NCBI GenBank assembly: GCA_965204725.1
Contig: OZ242005.1
Location: 864,001-928,000, forward strand
From: Candidatus Latescibacterota bacterium
Lineage (GTDB): Bacteria; Latescibacterota; UBA2968; UBA8231
Direction: 5' to 3'
DNA length: 64,000 nt
Shown here in pieces: positions 36,169 through 45,800 of the stretch (position 1 is the stretch's first letter; each line of letters opens with the position of its first letter). Under the pieces are notes generated by a model. It saw nothing but the letters and a program-made list of their open reading frames with translations, did not search any database and was not told where the DNA came from. The position numbers and the translations under genes are program-made.

Positions 36169-37953
36169 ATGACCCGTGCCGCACTCGCATTAGCCTGCCT
36201 AGCGATGGGATACAACACGCCAGCCGCGGCCGCGGAACGGCTCAAAATAGGCGGCGATGGGCTGGAGTGGGAGAGCAACTCGCTCGTGTTCAACGCCCTC
36301 GAAGTCACCGCCGAGGGGGGGCTCTCGCCGTTGGAGGCCGACCCGGAGGAAAACATCCTGCCGCGCATCAAGGAGCTCGGCGGCAGCGCGACCACCTCGG
36401 TGCGCACGGCCGCGGCCCGCTCCAACCAGATACTCAACGAACTCATCGACGGCTCCCACACCACGGGTTGGCGCGTGTACACCAACCCCAACGGGGCCGA
36501 ACTCGAAGTCGATATGGGGGCGATTTTCGTCTTGCAACGCATCCGCCTATTGCGCGGCGTCCTCAACGACGACGAGCGCTCGTTGCGCGGCTACGAGTTC
36601 TACGTCAACGACGGCGATTCGCTCAATTTCGTCGGCGGCAATCCCGTGTACGCGCTCATCGCCCAAGACCGCTCGCACGGCCTGCCCGAGCTGGACTTGA
36701 GCTTCCCGCCGACGCAGGTGCGCTTTTTTAGGCTGCGCAGCACGGGCGAACGCGGCTTCCAAATGGGCGACCTCGAAGTATTCGGCGTGGGCGTCACGCC
36801 CTTTGCCCAGTACATATCCCAAGTCATCGACCTAGGGGAAGCGGCCAACTTCGGGCCGGTTGACGTGTACAGCCGCCTCTACGGCGCGGCCCAAGCGCAA
36901 TTCAGCACCAAGACCGGCTTTGTCGCCACGGACTCGCTCTACTTCCGCCAGACGGGCATTCCCGGGGAATTGGCGGAAGTGGCCCTAGCGGATTTCGATC
37001 GCACGCTCGACCCCTCGTATGCCGGCGTCATTCTCGAAAACGACCGCGACTGGAGCGCGTGGTCCCCGCCCTACGCCGAGTCGGTCCGCTCGTCGATCCA
37101 TTCGCCCGACAACCGGCGCTACCTCCAGTTCCAGTTCAAGCTCCTGTCGAATAGCTTGCTCGACAAAGCCGTCATCGACTCGGTGGTCTTCAACTACACG
37201 GTGCCGGCGCTGGCCGATTCAGTAGTCGCCGAAATCAGCCCGACGACCGCGACCCTCGGGCAGGAGAACGAGTTTACCTATCACCTGCGCTCGGTCGTCT
37301 CGGGCGGCCATCGCGGCTTTGACACCGCCATTATCCACACTCCGTTTGCGGCCCGCGCCACGGGCGTCCGCGTCGATGGCGTGGAGATCGACAACTTCAC
37401 ATCGGAGTTCGCTTCGGGCCGCTTACAGGTCCGCTTCCCGGACGCCCGCATTACCCGCAGTGGGCAAGAAGTCGCCGTGCGCTTCGTCTGCTTGGTAACC
37501 GTCTCGGGCACGGAGTTTCGCGGCGAGGTCGCCGACAGCCAGTCCGATGCGTTTCCGCAGCGCGTCGCTTTTGGCGACGCGGCCGAGGAAGCCGCCGACA
37601 ACACGCTCGTCGTCAGCGCCCGCATCGACGAAGAGCTCTTCACCGGCGTCGCGTTCTCGTCCGCCGTGATCACACCCAATGGCGACCAGATCAACGACCG
37701 GATCACCCTCGACTACATCCTGCTCAAGGCGACCCACGAGGTCGCAGTCGAGGTCGTCGCGTACGACTTGAGCGGTCGGCCGGTGCATCGCCTGTACCAA
37801 GCCCGCGATCGCTCCGGCCCCAACCAAGTGAGTTGGGATGGCCGCGACGACGCCGGGGCCGTGGTGCCGCCGGGTATGTACTTGCTTCGTCTCGAGGCCG
37901 CCACCGACGCCGGCATCGCCACGCAAATGCGGAGCATTGCCGTAGTATATTGA
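36169..37953 (+). CDS. Secreted protein paralog B2 with C-terminal FlgD/CHU_C-like domain
   Basis: Colinear with 31920..33719 (SQVIDLGEAANFG identical; WSAWSPPY..SPDNRRYLQF); ITPNGDQIND; ends IAVVY. Confidence 0.85.
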   Translation: MTRAALALACLAMGYNTPAAAAERLKIGGDGLEWESNSLVFNALEVTAEGGLSPLEADPEENILPRIKELGGSATTSVRTAAARSNQILNELIDGSHTTGWRVYTNPNGAELEVDMGAIFVLQRIRLLRGVLNDDERSLRGYEFYVNDGDSLNFVGGNPVYALIAQDRSHGLPELDLSFPPTQVRFFRLRSTGERGFQMGDLEVFGVGVTPFAQYISQVIDLGEAANFGPVDVYSRLYGAAQAQFSTKTGFVATDSLYFRQTGIPGELAEVALADFDRTLDPSYAGVILENDRDWSAWSPPYAESVRSSIHSPDNRRYLQFQFKLLSNSLLDKAVIDSVVFNYTVPALADSVVAEISPTTATLGQENEFTYHLRSVVSGGHRGFDTAIIHTPFAARATGVRVDGVEIDNFTSEFASGRLQVRFPDARITRSGQEVAVRFVCLVTVSGTEFRGEVADSQSDAFPQRVAFGDAAEEAADNTLVVSARIDEELFTGVAFSSAVITPNGDQINDRITLDYILLKATHEVAVEVVAYDLSGRPVHRLYQARDRSGPNQVSWDGRDDAGAVVPPGMYLLRLEAATDAGIATQMRSIAVVY

Positions 37954-37994
37954 TGATCAAAGACCGCTAAAAAACGCTCTAAGGGAGGGTTGTT

Positions 37995-40610
37995 ATGCGC
38001 AAAGTTATGTTCTGGGGGTTGTCTCTGCTGGTTTTAGCCGTTGCGGCGTCCAGCGTCCAAGCGGCGACCCCGGGGCGCGAGCGCGGCGCCACTTCGCAAG
38101 TTCGGATCGAGGGCTTCGACCCGCTGATCCCGACTCTGCGCAAGTGGTACGTGCCGCAAGATCTCTACTACATCTATCATTGGGGAGGCTACAAGTACAC
38201 CAACTACGCCAAGGAACCCTATCAGCGCTACGTTTCCACGCAGCTAGAGGGCACGGGCCAGTACGACATCTTCGGCAACTGGATCACCCGCGGCTGGCGC
38301 ATCTACGAGTGGCGTCAGCAGCAGCCGCTGGCCTTCGGCAGCACGGTCTTCAAAGACGGTCGCTTTAATTCTTGGTTCCAAAACCTAATCGTCGCCGCCG
38401 ACTCCAAGGGCCAGTACTATTCCTCCCTGACCATCGGCGACCGCATCCGCACGACCCTGACCCCGCTGACCTTCAGCCGAGCGCGCTTCAACGGCGTCCA
38501 GTGGGACTTTGCGTCCGACAAGTACGAGGCCACCGTGCTGCTGTCGCGCGTCAATCAGCCCGTGCAGGCCGTCCAAGGGTCCAACCGAGTGCAAGACACG
38601 GACTTCACCAATTTCATTGGCTTGCGCGGCACCGCCCAAGTCGGCGACTTCATGGGCTTAGGGCTAACGTACGTCAATACGAACTTCGGCTCGGCGAGCA
38701 GCAATTTCTCGGAAAACTCGCGCGCCGGCTTGCTGACCAGCAGCCAAAATTCGGGTAATGTCACCGAAATCGTCGTCCGCATCTCCGACGACTCGCCCGG
38801 CGACGCCTCGGGCGCGCTGTTCTTTTCGGCGCGGATGATCGTCGATGGGCAAGAGACCTCGGTCAATCCCACCATTGAGGGCGGCCGCCAGCGCGAAGGC
38901 TTCCTCGAAGCCCTTGAAGAGGCCCCGATCCTCCTCCGCTACCGAGTGCCCGACCCGCTCGTGGTGCAAAAGGTCCGCTTTGCCATGGTGCTCTCCAACG
39001 ACTACCGAGTCGAGATCACCTCCAACTTGCAGACGAACATCAACGGCCAGCCCATTTTCTTGCTGGTCACCCGCGCCGAAGGCAATGTGCGCGACAACAC
39101 CAACCAGCGCGTCGTCCGCTTTGACTATGGGCTGCCCTCGGCCAACCAAATCGCCAGCGTGGACTTGGTCATCGAGGATATATGGGGCTTGGAGGTGCGC
39201 GGCGAATTTGCGCGCAACACCCAGTTTCAGCGCTATCCCAACATCAACATCCAGAAACTGAGCAACCTCAAAAAGAGCGACCGCACGGCCGATGCTTGGT
39301 TCGTCAACGCCACCCGCCGCGCCGGCCGCTACTTTGGCTACGGCGAGGTGTTCAGCATGGACTACGACTACACCACGCGCGGGTACATCACCGACCAAAA
39401 CGATGTCGTGGATTACGAAAACCAGCGGCAGAATTGGTTCGAGTACATCGACGACAACGACGACCAAGACCAACTCGTCGATTGGCCGCGCTTTGGCGGC
39501 AGCGGCGGCGACAACGCCGTCTTCCCCGGCCTCGACGAAAACAACGACCTGCTCTCAGACTTCAACGAAAACTCCAACCTCACCCCAGACTACGAAGAGC
39601 CGTTCTTGCGCCACTACATCGATCCGCCCGATTTCCTCTTTGGCGTCGATATGAACCACAACACCGTGGTCGATCGCTTTGAAAACGACGACGAGGCCGA
39701 CTATCCCTACCGCAAGGGGCATCGCGGCTGGAACGTGTACGGAGGGGCCGAGATTTATCCGGGAATCAATATCACCGTAGGCCGCAATCGCGAATGGCTG
39801 ATCGCCGGCCAAGAGCGGTCAACCGCCGTGTACGGGTTGCTCAGCACTGTGCGAGATGTGGCGCGGACGGGCAAGTTCGAGGCCTTCTACATGCTCAAGT
39901 TCGTGGAAGACGACATTGCCGACAATCTACTGCAATGGGTACAGCGGCCCGGCTCCATTGGCGGCTTGCAGCCTTTTGACGACCCCCTAATCACCCAAAA
40001 CACCATCGTCAATCAGGGCTTTGTCGGCTACAAGTACACCCGCGGCAATTTGACCTTTGTCAACAAGTTTCGCTTCGATCATTTCAAGCAGCGCGACGAA
40101 GCGGCCACCCACCTGCGCGACAGCGCGTTCTTAGGCGTGATCAACAAGGCGGACTATCCCTTTTCCATCGGGCGCAACGTCACCTTGATCCCGCGCTGGA
40201 AAAACATGTGGCGCAAGCGCACCCAGCCGCGCACCGTCCAGCTCGAAATCAACGAGTTGAGCGAAATTTTCTCCCTGTCCGCCGTATTTCCCGTGCTGAC
40301 GAGAAGCCGCATCGAGGTCGGGGTGGAAGCCATTATTTTTCGCAATGCCGAGGCGATTCCAGACCCGCTGCCGCCCGAATACATCGACGACTTCATCGGC
40401 CGGGTGTTCACCGTGCAATACACCAATCGGGTGCAGTATCTAGGATACAGCGTCACCTCCAACGTTGGCTTTCAGCTCAACGACATCAACTTCGCCAATC
40501 TCGCCGACCAAGACGTGAGCAATACCATTGCCTTCATCGAGATCTATGTTGGGCAAGAAGAGGAGCGCTTGGGTGGTCGGCCCGCCGAAAGAAGGGGATG
40601 GAGCTTCTAA
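37995..40610 (+). CDS. Large exported protein, probable outer-membrane beta-barrel
   Basis: Signal peptide; alternating amphipathic strands; acidic DxNxN loops (DDNDDQD, GLDENNDLLSDFNENSN); terminal aromatic (GWSF). Confidence 0.65.
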   Translation: MRKVMFWGLSLLVLAVAASSVQAATPGRERGATSQVRIEGFDPLIPTLRKWYVPQDLYYIYHWGGYKYTNYAKEPYQRYVSTQLEGTGQYDIFGNWITRGWRIYEWRQQQPLAFGSTVFKDGRFNSWFQNLIVAADSKGQYYSSLTIGDRIRTTLTPLTFSRARFNGVQWDFASDKYEATVLLSRVNQPVQAVQGSNRVQDTDFTNFIGLRGTAQVGDFMGLGLTYVNTNFGSASSNFSENSRAGLLTSSQNSGNVTEIVVRISDDSPGDASGALFFSARMIVDGQETSVNPTIEGGRQREGFLEALEEAPILLRYRVPDPLVVQKVRFAMVLSNDYRVEITSNLQTNINGQPIFLLVTRAEGNVRDNTNQRVVRFDYGLPSANQIASVDLVIEDIWGLEVRGEFARNTQFQRYPNINIQKLSNLKKSDRTADAWFVNATRRAGRYFGYGEVFSMDYDYTTRGYITDQNDVVDYENQRQNWFEYIDDNDDQDQLVDWPRFGGSGGDNAVFPGLDENNDLLSDFNENSNLTPDYEEPFLRHYIDPPDFLFGVDMNHNTVVDRFENDDEADYPYRKGHRGWNVYGGAEIYPGINITVGRNREWLIAGQERSTAVYGLLSTVRDVARTGKFEAFYMLKFVEDDIADNLLQWVQRPGSIGGLQPFDDPLITQNTIVNQGFVGYKYTRGNLTFVNKFRFDHFKQRDEAATHLRDSAFLGVINKADYPFSIGRNVTLIPRWKNMWRKRTQPRTVQLEINELSEIFSLSAVFPVLTRSRIEVGVEAIIFRNAEAIPDPLPPEYIDDFIGRVFTVQYTNRVQYLGYSVTSNVGFQLNDINFANLADQDVSNTIAFIEIYVGQEEERLGGRPAERRGWSF

Positions 40611-41905
40611 CGCCGCGCACGGCCCTGCTGGCCTTGGGATTGTGGGCTTGCGCCGACGCGCCGGAAGAAAGCGCGCCGGCGGTCTTGGCCCGAGTGGGCG
40701 AAGCCGAGATTAGCGAGCGAGATTTTGCCGCGGCCCTAGCCAAGCTGCCCGCTGGCAGCAAAGCCCAGACCCTCGCCGACTGGCGTCGCCAATTGCAGGC
40801 TCTCATCGACAAGGAGCTCCTGCTGCTCGAAGCGCAAGACCAAGGGCTAGACGAAGCGGTCGTCCGGGCGATGGCGGCTTGGGAGCGCGAGGAGCTCGTC
40901 GAGCAATTGCTCGGGCGCGCGTTGGGCGAGCCGTTGGCCCCTACCGAATCCGAACTCGAAGCATTTTTCGCCGAATCGGGCGCGGCCCGCGAAATTCGCC
41001 TGCGTCGCTTGCCCGTGCGCGACCGGGCCGCGGCCCTAGCGGTGCTCAGCAAGGCCCAGCAAGGGGAGGATTTGCCCGGGGCGTGGAGCGAGAGCGGGTG
41101 GCTCAACGCGCTCAACGCCGGCGACGCGCGCATGGCCGCCCTGTTCCTACAGGAAGTGGGGGCCGTCGAGTTGGTGGAAACCGACGGGCGCTACTCGATA
41201 ATCGCCGTTGCGGCCGAGCGCGAAGTCTCGCTGGCAGACCGCCGCCCGCTCGCAGAAGCGGCTCTAACTCGGCGCAAGAAGCAACAGGCGAACTTGGCTT
41301 ACTTAGAGCAGTTGACGAGCCAGTACGCGGTGCAGTTAGACACGGCCGGGTTGCGGCAGGTCGCCGCGGGCGAGGCTGGCCCACAGGTGCGCTTGGTCCG
41401 CAGCACGGCGGGCGATTGGAGCGCGGCCGACTACCAGCAAGCCCTCGTGCGGCTCGGGGCCGCGGCCGAGCCGCTACCGGCCGATGTCAGTGCCCTCGGG
41501 TTCAAGGTGACGCGGGCCTTTGTCGCCGACCAGCTTCTGCCGCAGGAGGCGCGCAAGCACGAAGTGTACGCCGAGTTGGAGCCGCGCCGCGCCCAAGTCC
41601 GCCAACAAAAGTTGATCCAAGCCTTATGGGAGCGAGAAATTTTCGCGCACATCGAAATCGACCCCGCGCAGGTGCGCGCCTTTTACGAGGCCAACCCGCA
41701 ACGCTACGCCCGCTCGGGCGCATTCGGCCGGCAACTGCAAGTACGCGTCGCCCGCGATTTGCGCGACGCCCAAGCCGCGCCCCTGTTCGATCGCTACATC
41801 GAGCAGTTGCGCGCCAAATACGCTACGGTCGTCGCGGTGGAAGAAGGGCCGTTGGGAGAATTTGTCTCCCGCCAGCGACAGGCTGCCAACCCCGTCGAGC
41901 TATGA
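40598..41905 (+). CDS. SurA/PrsA-like chaperone lipoprotein (degenerate PPIase)
   Basis: Start MELLTP at 40598 overlaps the previous gene; LWAC lipobox; VLARVGEAEI..LQALIDKELLLLEA as in the other two PPIases. Confidence 0.75.
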   Translation: MELLTPRTALLALGLWACADAPEESAPAVLARVGEAEISERDFAAALAKLPAGSKAQTLADWRRQLQALIDKELLLLEAQDQGLDEAVVRAMAAWEREELVEQLLGRALGEPLAPTESELEAFFAESGAAREIRLRRLPVRDRAAALAVLSKAQQGEDLPGAWSESGWLNALNAGDARMAALFLQEVGAVELVETDGRYSIIAVAAEREVSLADRRPLAEAALTRRKKQQANLAYLEQLTSQYAVQLDTAGLRQVAAGEAGPQVRLVRSTAGDWSAADYQQALVRLGAAAEPLPADVSALGFKVTRAFVADQLLPQEARKHEVYAELEPRRAQVRQQKLIQALWEREIFAHIEIDPAQVRAFYEANPQRYARSGAFGRQLQVRVARDLRDAQAAPLFDRYIEQLRAKYATVVAVEEGPLGEFVSRQRQAANPVEL

Positions 41906-41935
41906 GCTTGTTCGATCGTTAGAGAGGAGTATTCC

Positions 41936-42700
41936 ATGTCCGCGTACAAAAAATGTTCCATCCTCGCCGCTGCGACCCTGTTGTTGGGCTGCGGTCACTA
42001 CTTGGTGCCCGGGCGCTTCCAGCCCTTAGAGACCGCCCAGCAGCAGACCGACATTCAAGGGTCGAGCATGAAAATCCTCGACGACGGCACCGTGACCTTC
42101 GTGCAGAACCGCCTCGAAGTGTCCGTGCGGCCCATGAGCGACGAGGAGCTCAACCGCCAGTACCCGGCCGAATCGACCAACGCCAGCGGCCCGGCCGACG
42201 AGCTGCCATCCAACCCGTTCACCTATGGCAACTGGCTCGATCCGCGCACCGGCAAGGCACCGCAGCGCTTGTCCATCTTCAAGGTCACGGTCAAAAACTA
42301 CGAATACCCCAAGGTCAAGTTCGACCCGCTGACGGTCACCATTGAGTCGGCCAACGGTCGCCGCTACTACCCTTGGGGCTCCTACGACGTGGAGGAGTAC
42401 TTCCGGCGGTTTCCACTGGCCTTCAACGGCTTGGGCCGGATGCGCTACAAAGAGCGCACCGCGATCTACAACCAAGCCAAGTATCCAGACGACGAGTTTT
42501 GCTTCTCCGGGCAAGTGGTCGAGGGCTACGTGGTGTTCTCCAAAATTCACGACGACGTCGCCGAGATCGTCTTTGTGATTTCCGAGTTGGGGCTGCGCTA
42601 CGATTTCCGCAACGAACCCCTAGAGACCATCGACCTCCGCTTTCGCTTCAAGCGCGACCTCAAGAAGGTCAGAAACATCGAAAAACTAGCGGCCCACTAG
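41936..42700 (+). CDS. Conserved hypothetical lipoprotein
   Basis: GAGGAG RBS; LLGC lipobox; NPFTYGNW..FKVTVKNY..VEGYVVF. Confidence 0.8.
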   Translation: MSAYKKCSILAAATLLLGCGHYLVPGRFQPLETAQQQTDIQGSSMKILDDGTVTFVQNRLEVSVRPMSDEELNRQYPAESTNASGPADELPSNPFTYGNWLDPRTGKAPQRLSIFKVTVKNYEYPKVKFDPLTVTIESANGRRYYPWGSYDVEEYFRRFPLAFNGLGRMRYKERTAIYNQAKYPDDEFCFSGQVVEGYVVFSKIHDDVAEIVFVISELGLRYDFRNEPLETIDLRFRFKRDLKKVRNIEKLAAH

Positions 42701-42719
42701 CCGCGCTAGCCGGTAAGAA

Positions 42720-42746
42720 CTGGATTCCCGCTTGCGCGGGAATGAC
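42720..42746. repeat. REP-like palindrome (inverted copy of 23231..23257)
   Basis: ctggattcccgcttgcgcgggaatgac. Confidence 0.8.
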
Positions 42747-42835
42747 GAAAGCCGGCTCTACGGCTTGTTCAACATGACCCAAGGTGGGTCTTCAGACAGC
42801 CTCTAAGGGGCGCCTTTCTGCCCGACGCCCGTTCC

Positions 42836-45800
42836 ATGCTGACCAAATTCCTCCTAGCCGCCACCGCGGCCTTCTTCCTGCTATCGGTCACGGCCTTTGA
42901 CCCGGCCACCATTTCGCGCTGGCTTGAACAGGCCATCGGCTGGGAGCCGCTGCGCGAAGCACCGCCCACCGCTCAAGCATCCTCGTTGCGCGAAGCGGTC
43001 GCGCAAATAAACGCCGCCGATCTAGCGCGTCACCTCCGCGTCCTCACCGCAGACTCGTCCCGCGTCACCGGCTATGCCGGAGCTGCCCGCGCCGCCCGCT
43101 ATATCGACGGGGAATTTCGCCGCCTCGGCCTGCAAGTCACCAGCGAATTTTTCCCGGTTTCCGTTCCCCTAGATCGCGGCGGTCGGCTGCGCTTGATCGG
43201 CTCAGACGAAACCATCCCCATCTACGGATTGTGGCCCAACCACGTGCGCTCGCCATCCCTGTCGCCGGGCGGCGTCTCCGGCCCCCTCATAGACTTGGGG
43301 CGCGGCCGGTTGGCCGAGATGGATGGCAAACGGCTAGCCGGCAGCATCGCGCTGATGGGGTTTGGCTCAGGCAACGCCCACGTCCAAGCGCGGGCCTTGG
43401 GCGTCCAAGCCATCTTGCTGTACGACGATGGCCGCGTCACGCGCAGCGAGGCCGCGGAAAAATTCCTCCAAGTGCCCGTGGACATCCCGCGCTTTTGGCT
43501 CGAAGCGGCCGGCGCGCAATTCCTGCGGCAGCAAGCGCGCACCGGCGACGTCGAGGTGCATCTCGAAGCGCGCATGGACTGGACGTCGGTCCAAGCGCGC
43601 AACCTATTTGCCGTCCTGCCGGGCTTGGCCGAGGATATGCCGCGCGGCCAGCGCCGCGAAATCGAGCGGTGGAGCGACCAAATCATCGTCCTGCAAGCGC
43701 ATTACGACGCCATCTCGGTCGTCCCCGCGCTGGCCCCGGGTGCTGAGAACGCGACCGGCATGGCCGCGCTGCTCGAAATCGCACGGTTGCTCGTGGCCGA
43801 AGGCACCCGCTACACCGTGCTCTTTTTGGCCACCCCCGGGCACTTTCAGGGCTTGGCCGGCGTCAACGACTTTCTCTACCGCCACGCGCGCGAAAGCGAG
43901 CACTTCCGCGACCAGATCCCGCCGGCCGAGCGCATTGACTTCCGCCTCTTCGTCGGGCTCGACTTGGCCAGCCACAGCCCCCGGGTCGGCAGCTTCACCA
44001 TGGGCACGTTCTACAACTCGGCGTGGCGCAACGACGACTATCAGAAGAACCTGATGGCGCACTACGCCGCGCGCTTTGGCCGCTACAACCGCGAGATTTT
44101 CGCCGACTCCACTCGCTATCAAGACGCCATTGCCCCGCAGAAGCGGGTGTGGAAAAACTTTATGCCCGTGCGGCTGGCCCTCGACAGCGAGGCCGCGGCC
44201 TTCGTGGGCAAGGAAGCGCTCTCTTTTGTCACGCCCAACCAACTGCGCCAGCGCGTGGATACGCCCCTCGACCGGCTCGAATTCGTCGCGCTCGACAACC
44301 TCGCCGAGCAGACCCGCACCCTAGCCGGGCTGATGCTCAAGGCCGCTTCCGACCCAGACTTTTTCAACGACACCAAGCTGACCCTGCGCGATTGGGGGCA
44401 CCGCCTAGAGGGCAACATCTACTGGTTTGACCGCGACGTGAATTTTGCCGTGCCCAAGGCACCCGTGCCCAAAGCCCTCGTCACCTATCTCCAGCCCGGC
44501 CCCAACTCCGTGGCCGGCGTCCGCACCCTGATTGCCACGCACGGCGACGAAAACGGCTACTTTGAGTTCGACATCGTGCGCAACCGCTTTGCCAACCGGA
44601 TTCAAGCCTTTGAACTCGACGAATACGGGCGCATCGTCTCCGCGCCCGACCTCGGGGAGGAGGGCGACAAAACCTACCCGGGCACCCAGCCGTACGGGTG
44701 GTGGGAAAACCGCATGTTGCAGGTCCTGTTTCGCTGCCGCGCCCTGAGCTTTTTGGAGGTGGTCGATCCGCGCTATTTATCGGCCATGGACCGCGTCAAC
44801 GTCCTCGGCACCAACGACGCGCCCCCGCGCTCTTTTTCCCTCAACTACATCGAAAACCAGAGCGCGGCCCAGGACCGGGTGGTGCAGGCCGGCGTGGTGT
44901 TCGCCGAGCCGGGCACTCGCGTCAAAATTCTCGCCGGTGAGAGCGCCTTTGGCGGCGAGAACGCGCTCGCCGGCGTGCGCTACATGCTCACCAACGCAGA
45001 CTCCGCGCTGTTCACCGACCTCGACCCGGCCCGCGTCGATCTGGCGACCATTGAGCGGGCACAGGGCGAGGGCTTTCCCATCGAACAGGGCCTCATCCCC
45101 TATCCGGCCTTGCAGGCGGCCCGCGACCTCTGGATCATCGACGAGGCGCGGATCAAACAAATGGTGCGCCACGGCATCGTCCTCGAGCAGCTACAGGCCA
45201 TGCACGAGCAAGCGCGGGAGGCCCTGCTCGCGGCCGGCGACAAACTCGCAGCTTTTGATTACACCGGCTACCAGCGCGCCGTGCGCCGCGCCCTCGGGCT
45301 AGAGGCCCGCATCTACCCAGAAGTCAAGGCCACCGCCAACGACGCCGTCCGCGCGGTAATTTTCTACTTCGCGCTCCTGTTGCCCTTTGCCTTCTTCTGC
45401 GAGCGGTTCTTCTTCGGCTTCCCGGACGTGCGGCGGCAAATCGCCGGCTTTGTGGGCATCTTCGTCCTCGTGTTTTTGATCCTGCGCTTCGTCCATCCGG
45501 CCTTCAAACTGAGCACCTCGCCGTACATCATCTTCCTCGCGTTTGTCATCCTCGCCTTGGGCGTCCTCGTCATCTTCATCGTCGTCACGCGCTTCAAGGG
45601 GCTTTTGCAACGGCGCAAGGGAGCAGCCGCCGGGATGCACGAGACCGACGTGGGGCGCGTGGCCGCGGGGTTTGCGGCCGTGCTGTTGGGCATCTCCAAC
45701 TTGAGCAAGCGTCGCCTGCGCACCGCGCTGACGGCCGCAACCCTGACCTTTTTGACCTTTACCGTCAATTCCTTTACCTCGGTCAAGTCCAGCCTCGACT

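Noticed and set aside
28340-37953. Flagellar hook-capping (flgD) genes
   Set aside because: Only the C-terminal Ig-like domain resembles FlgD; no flagellar genes are present and the proteins have Sec signal peptides.
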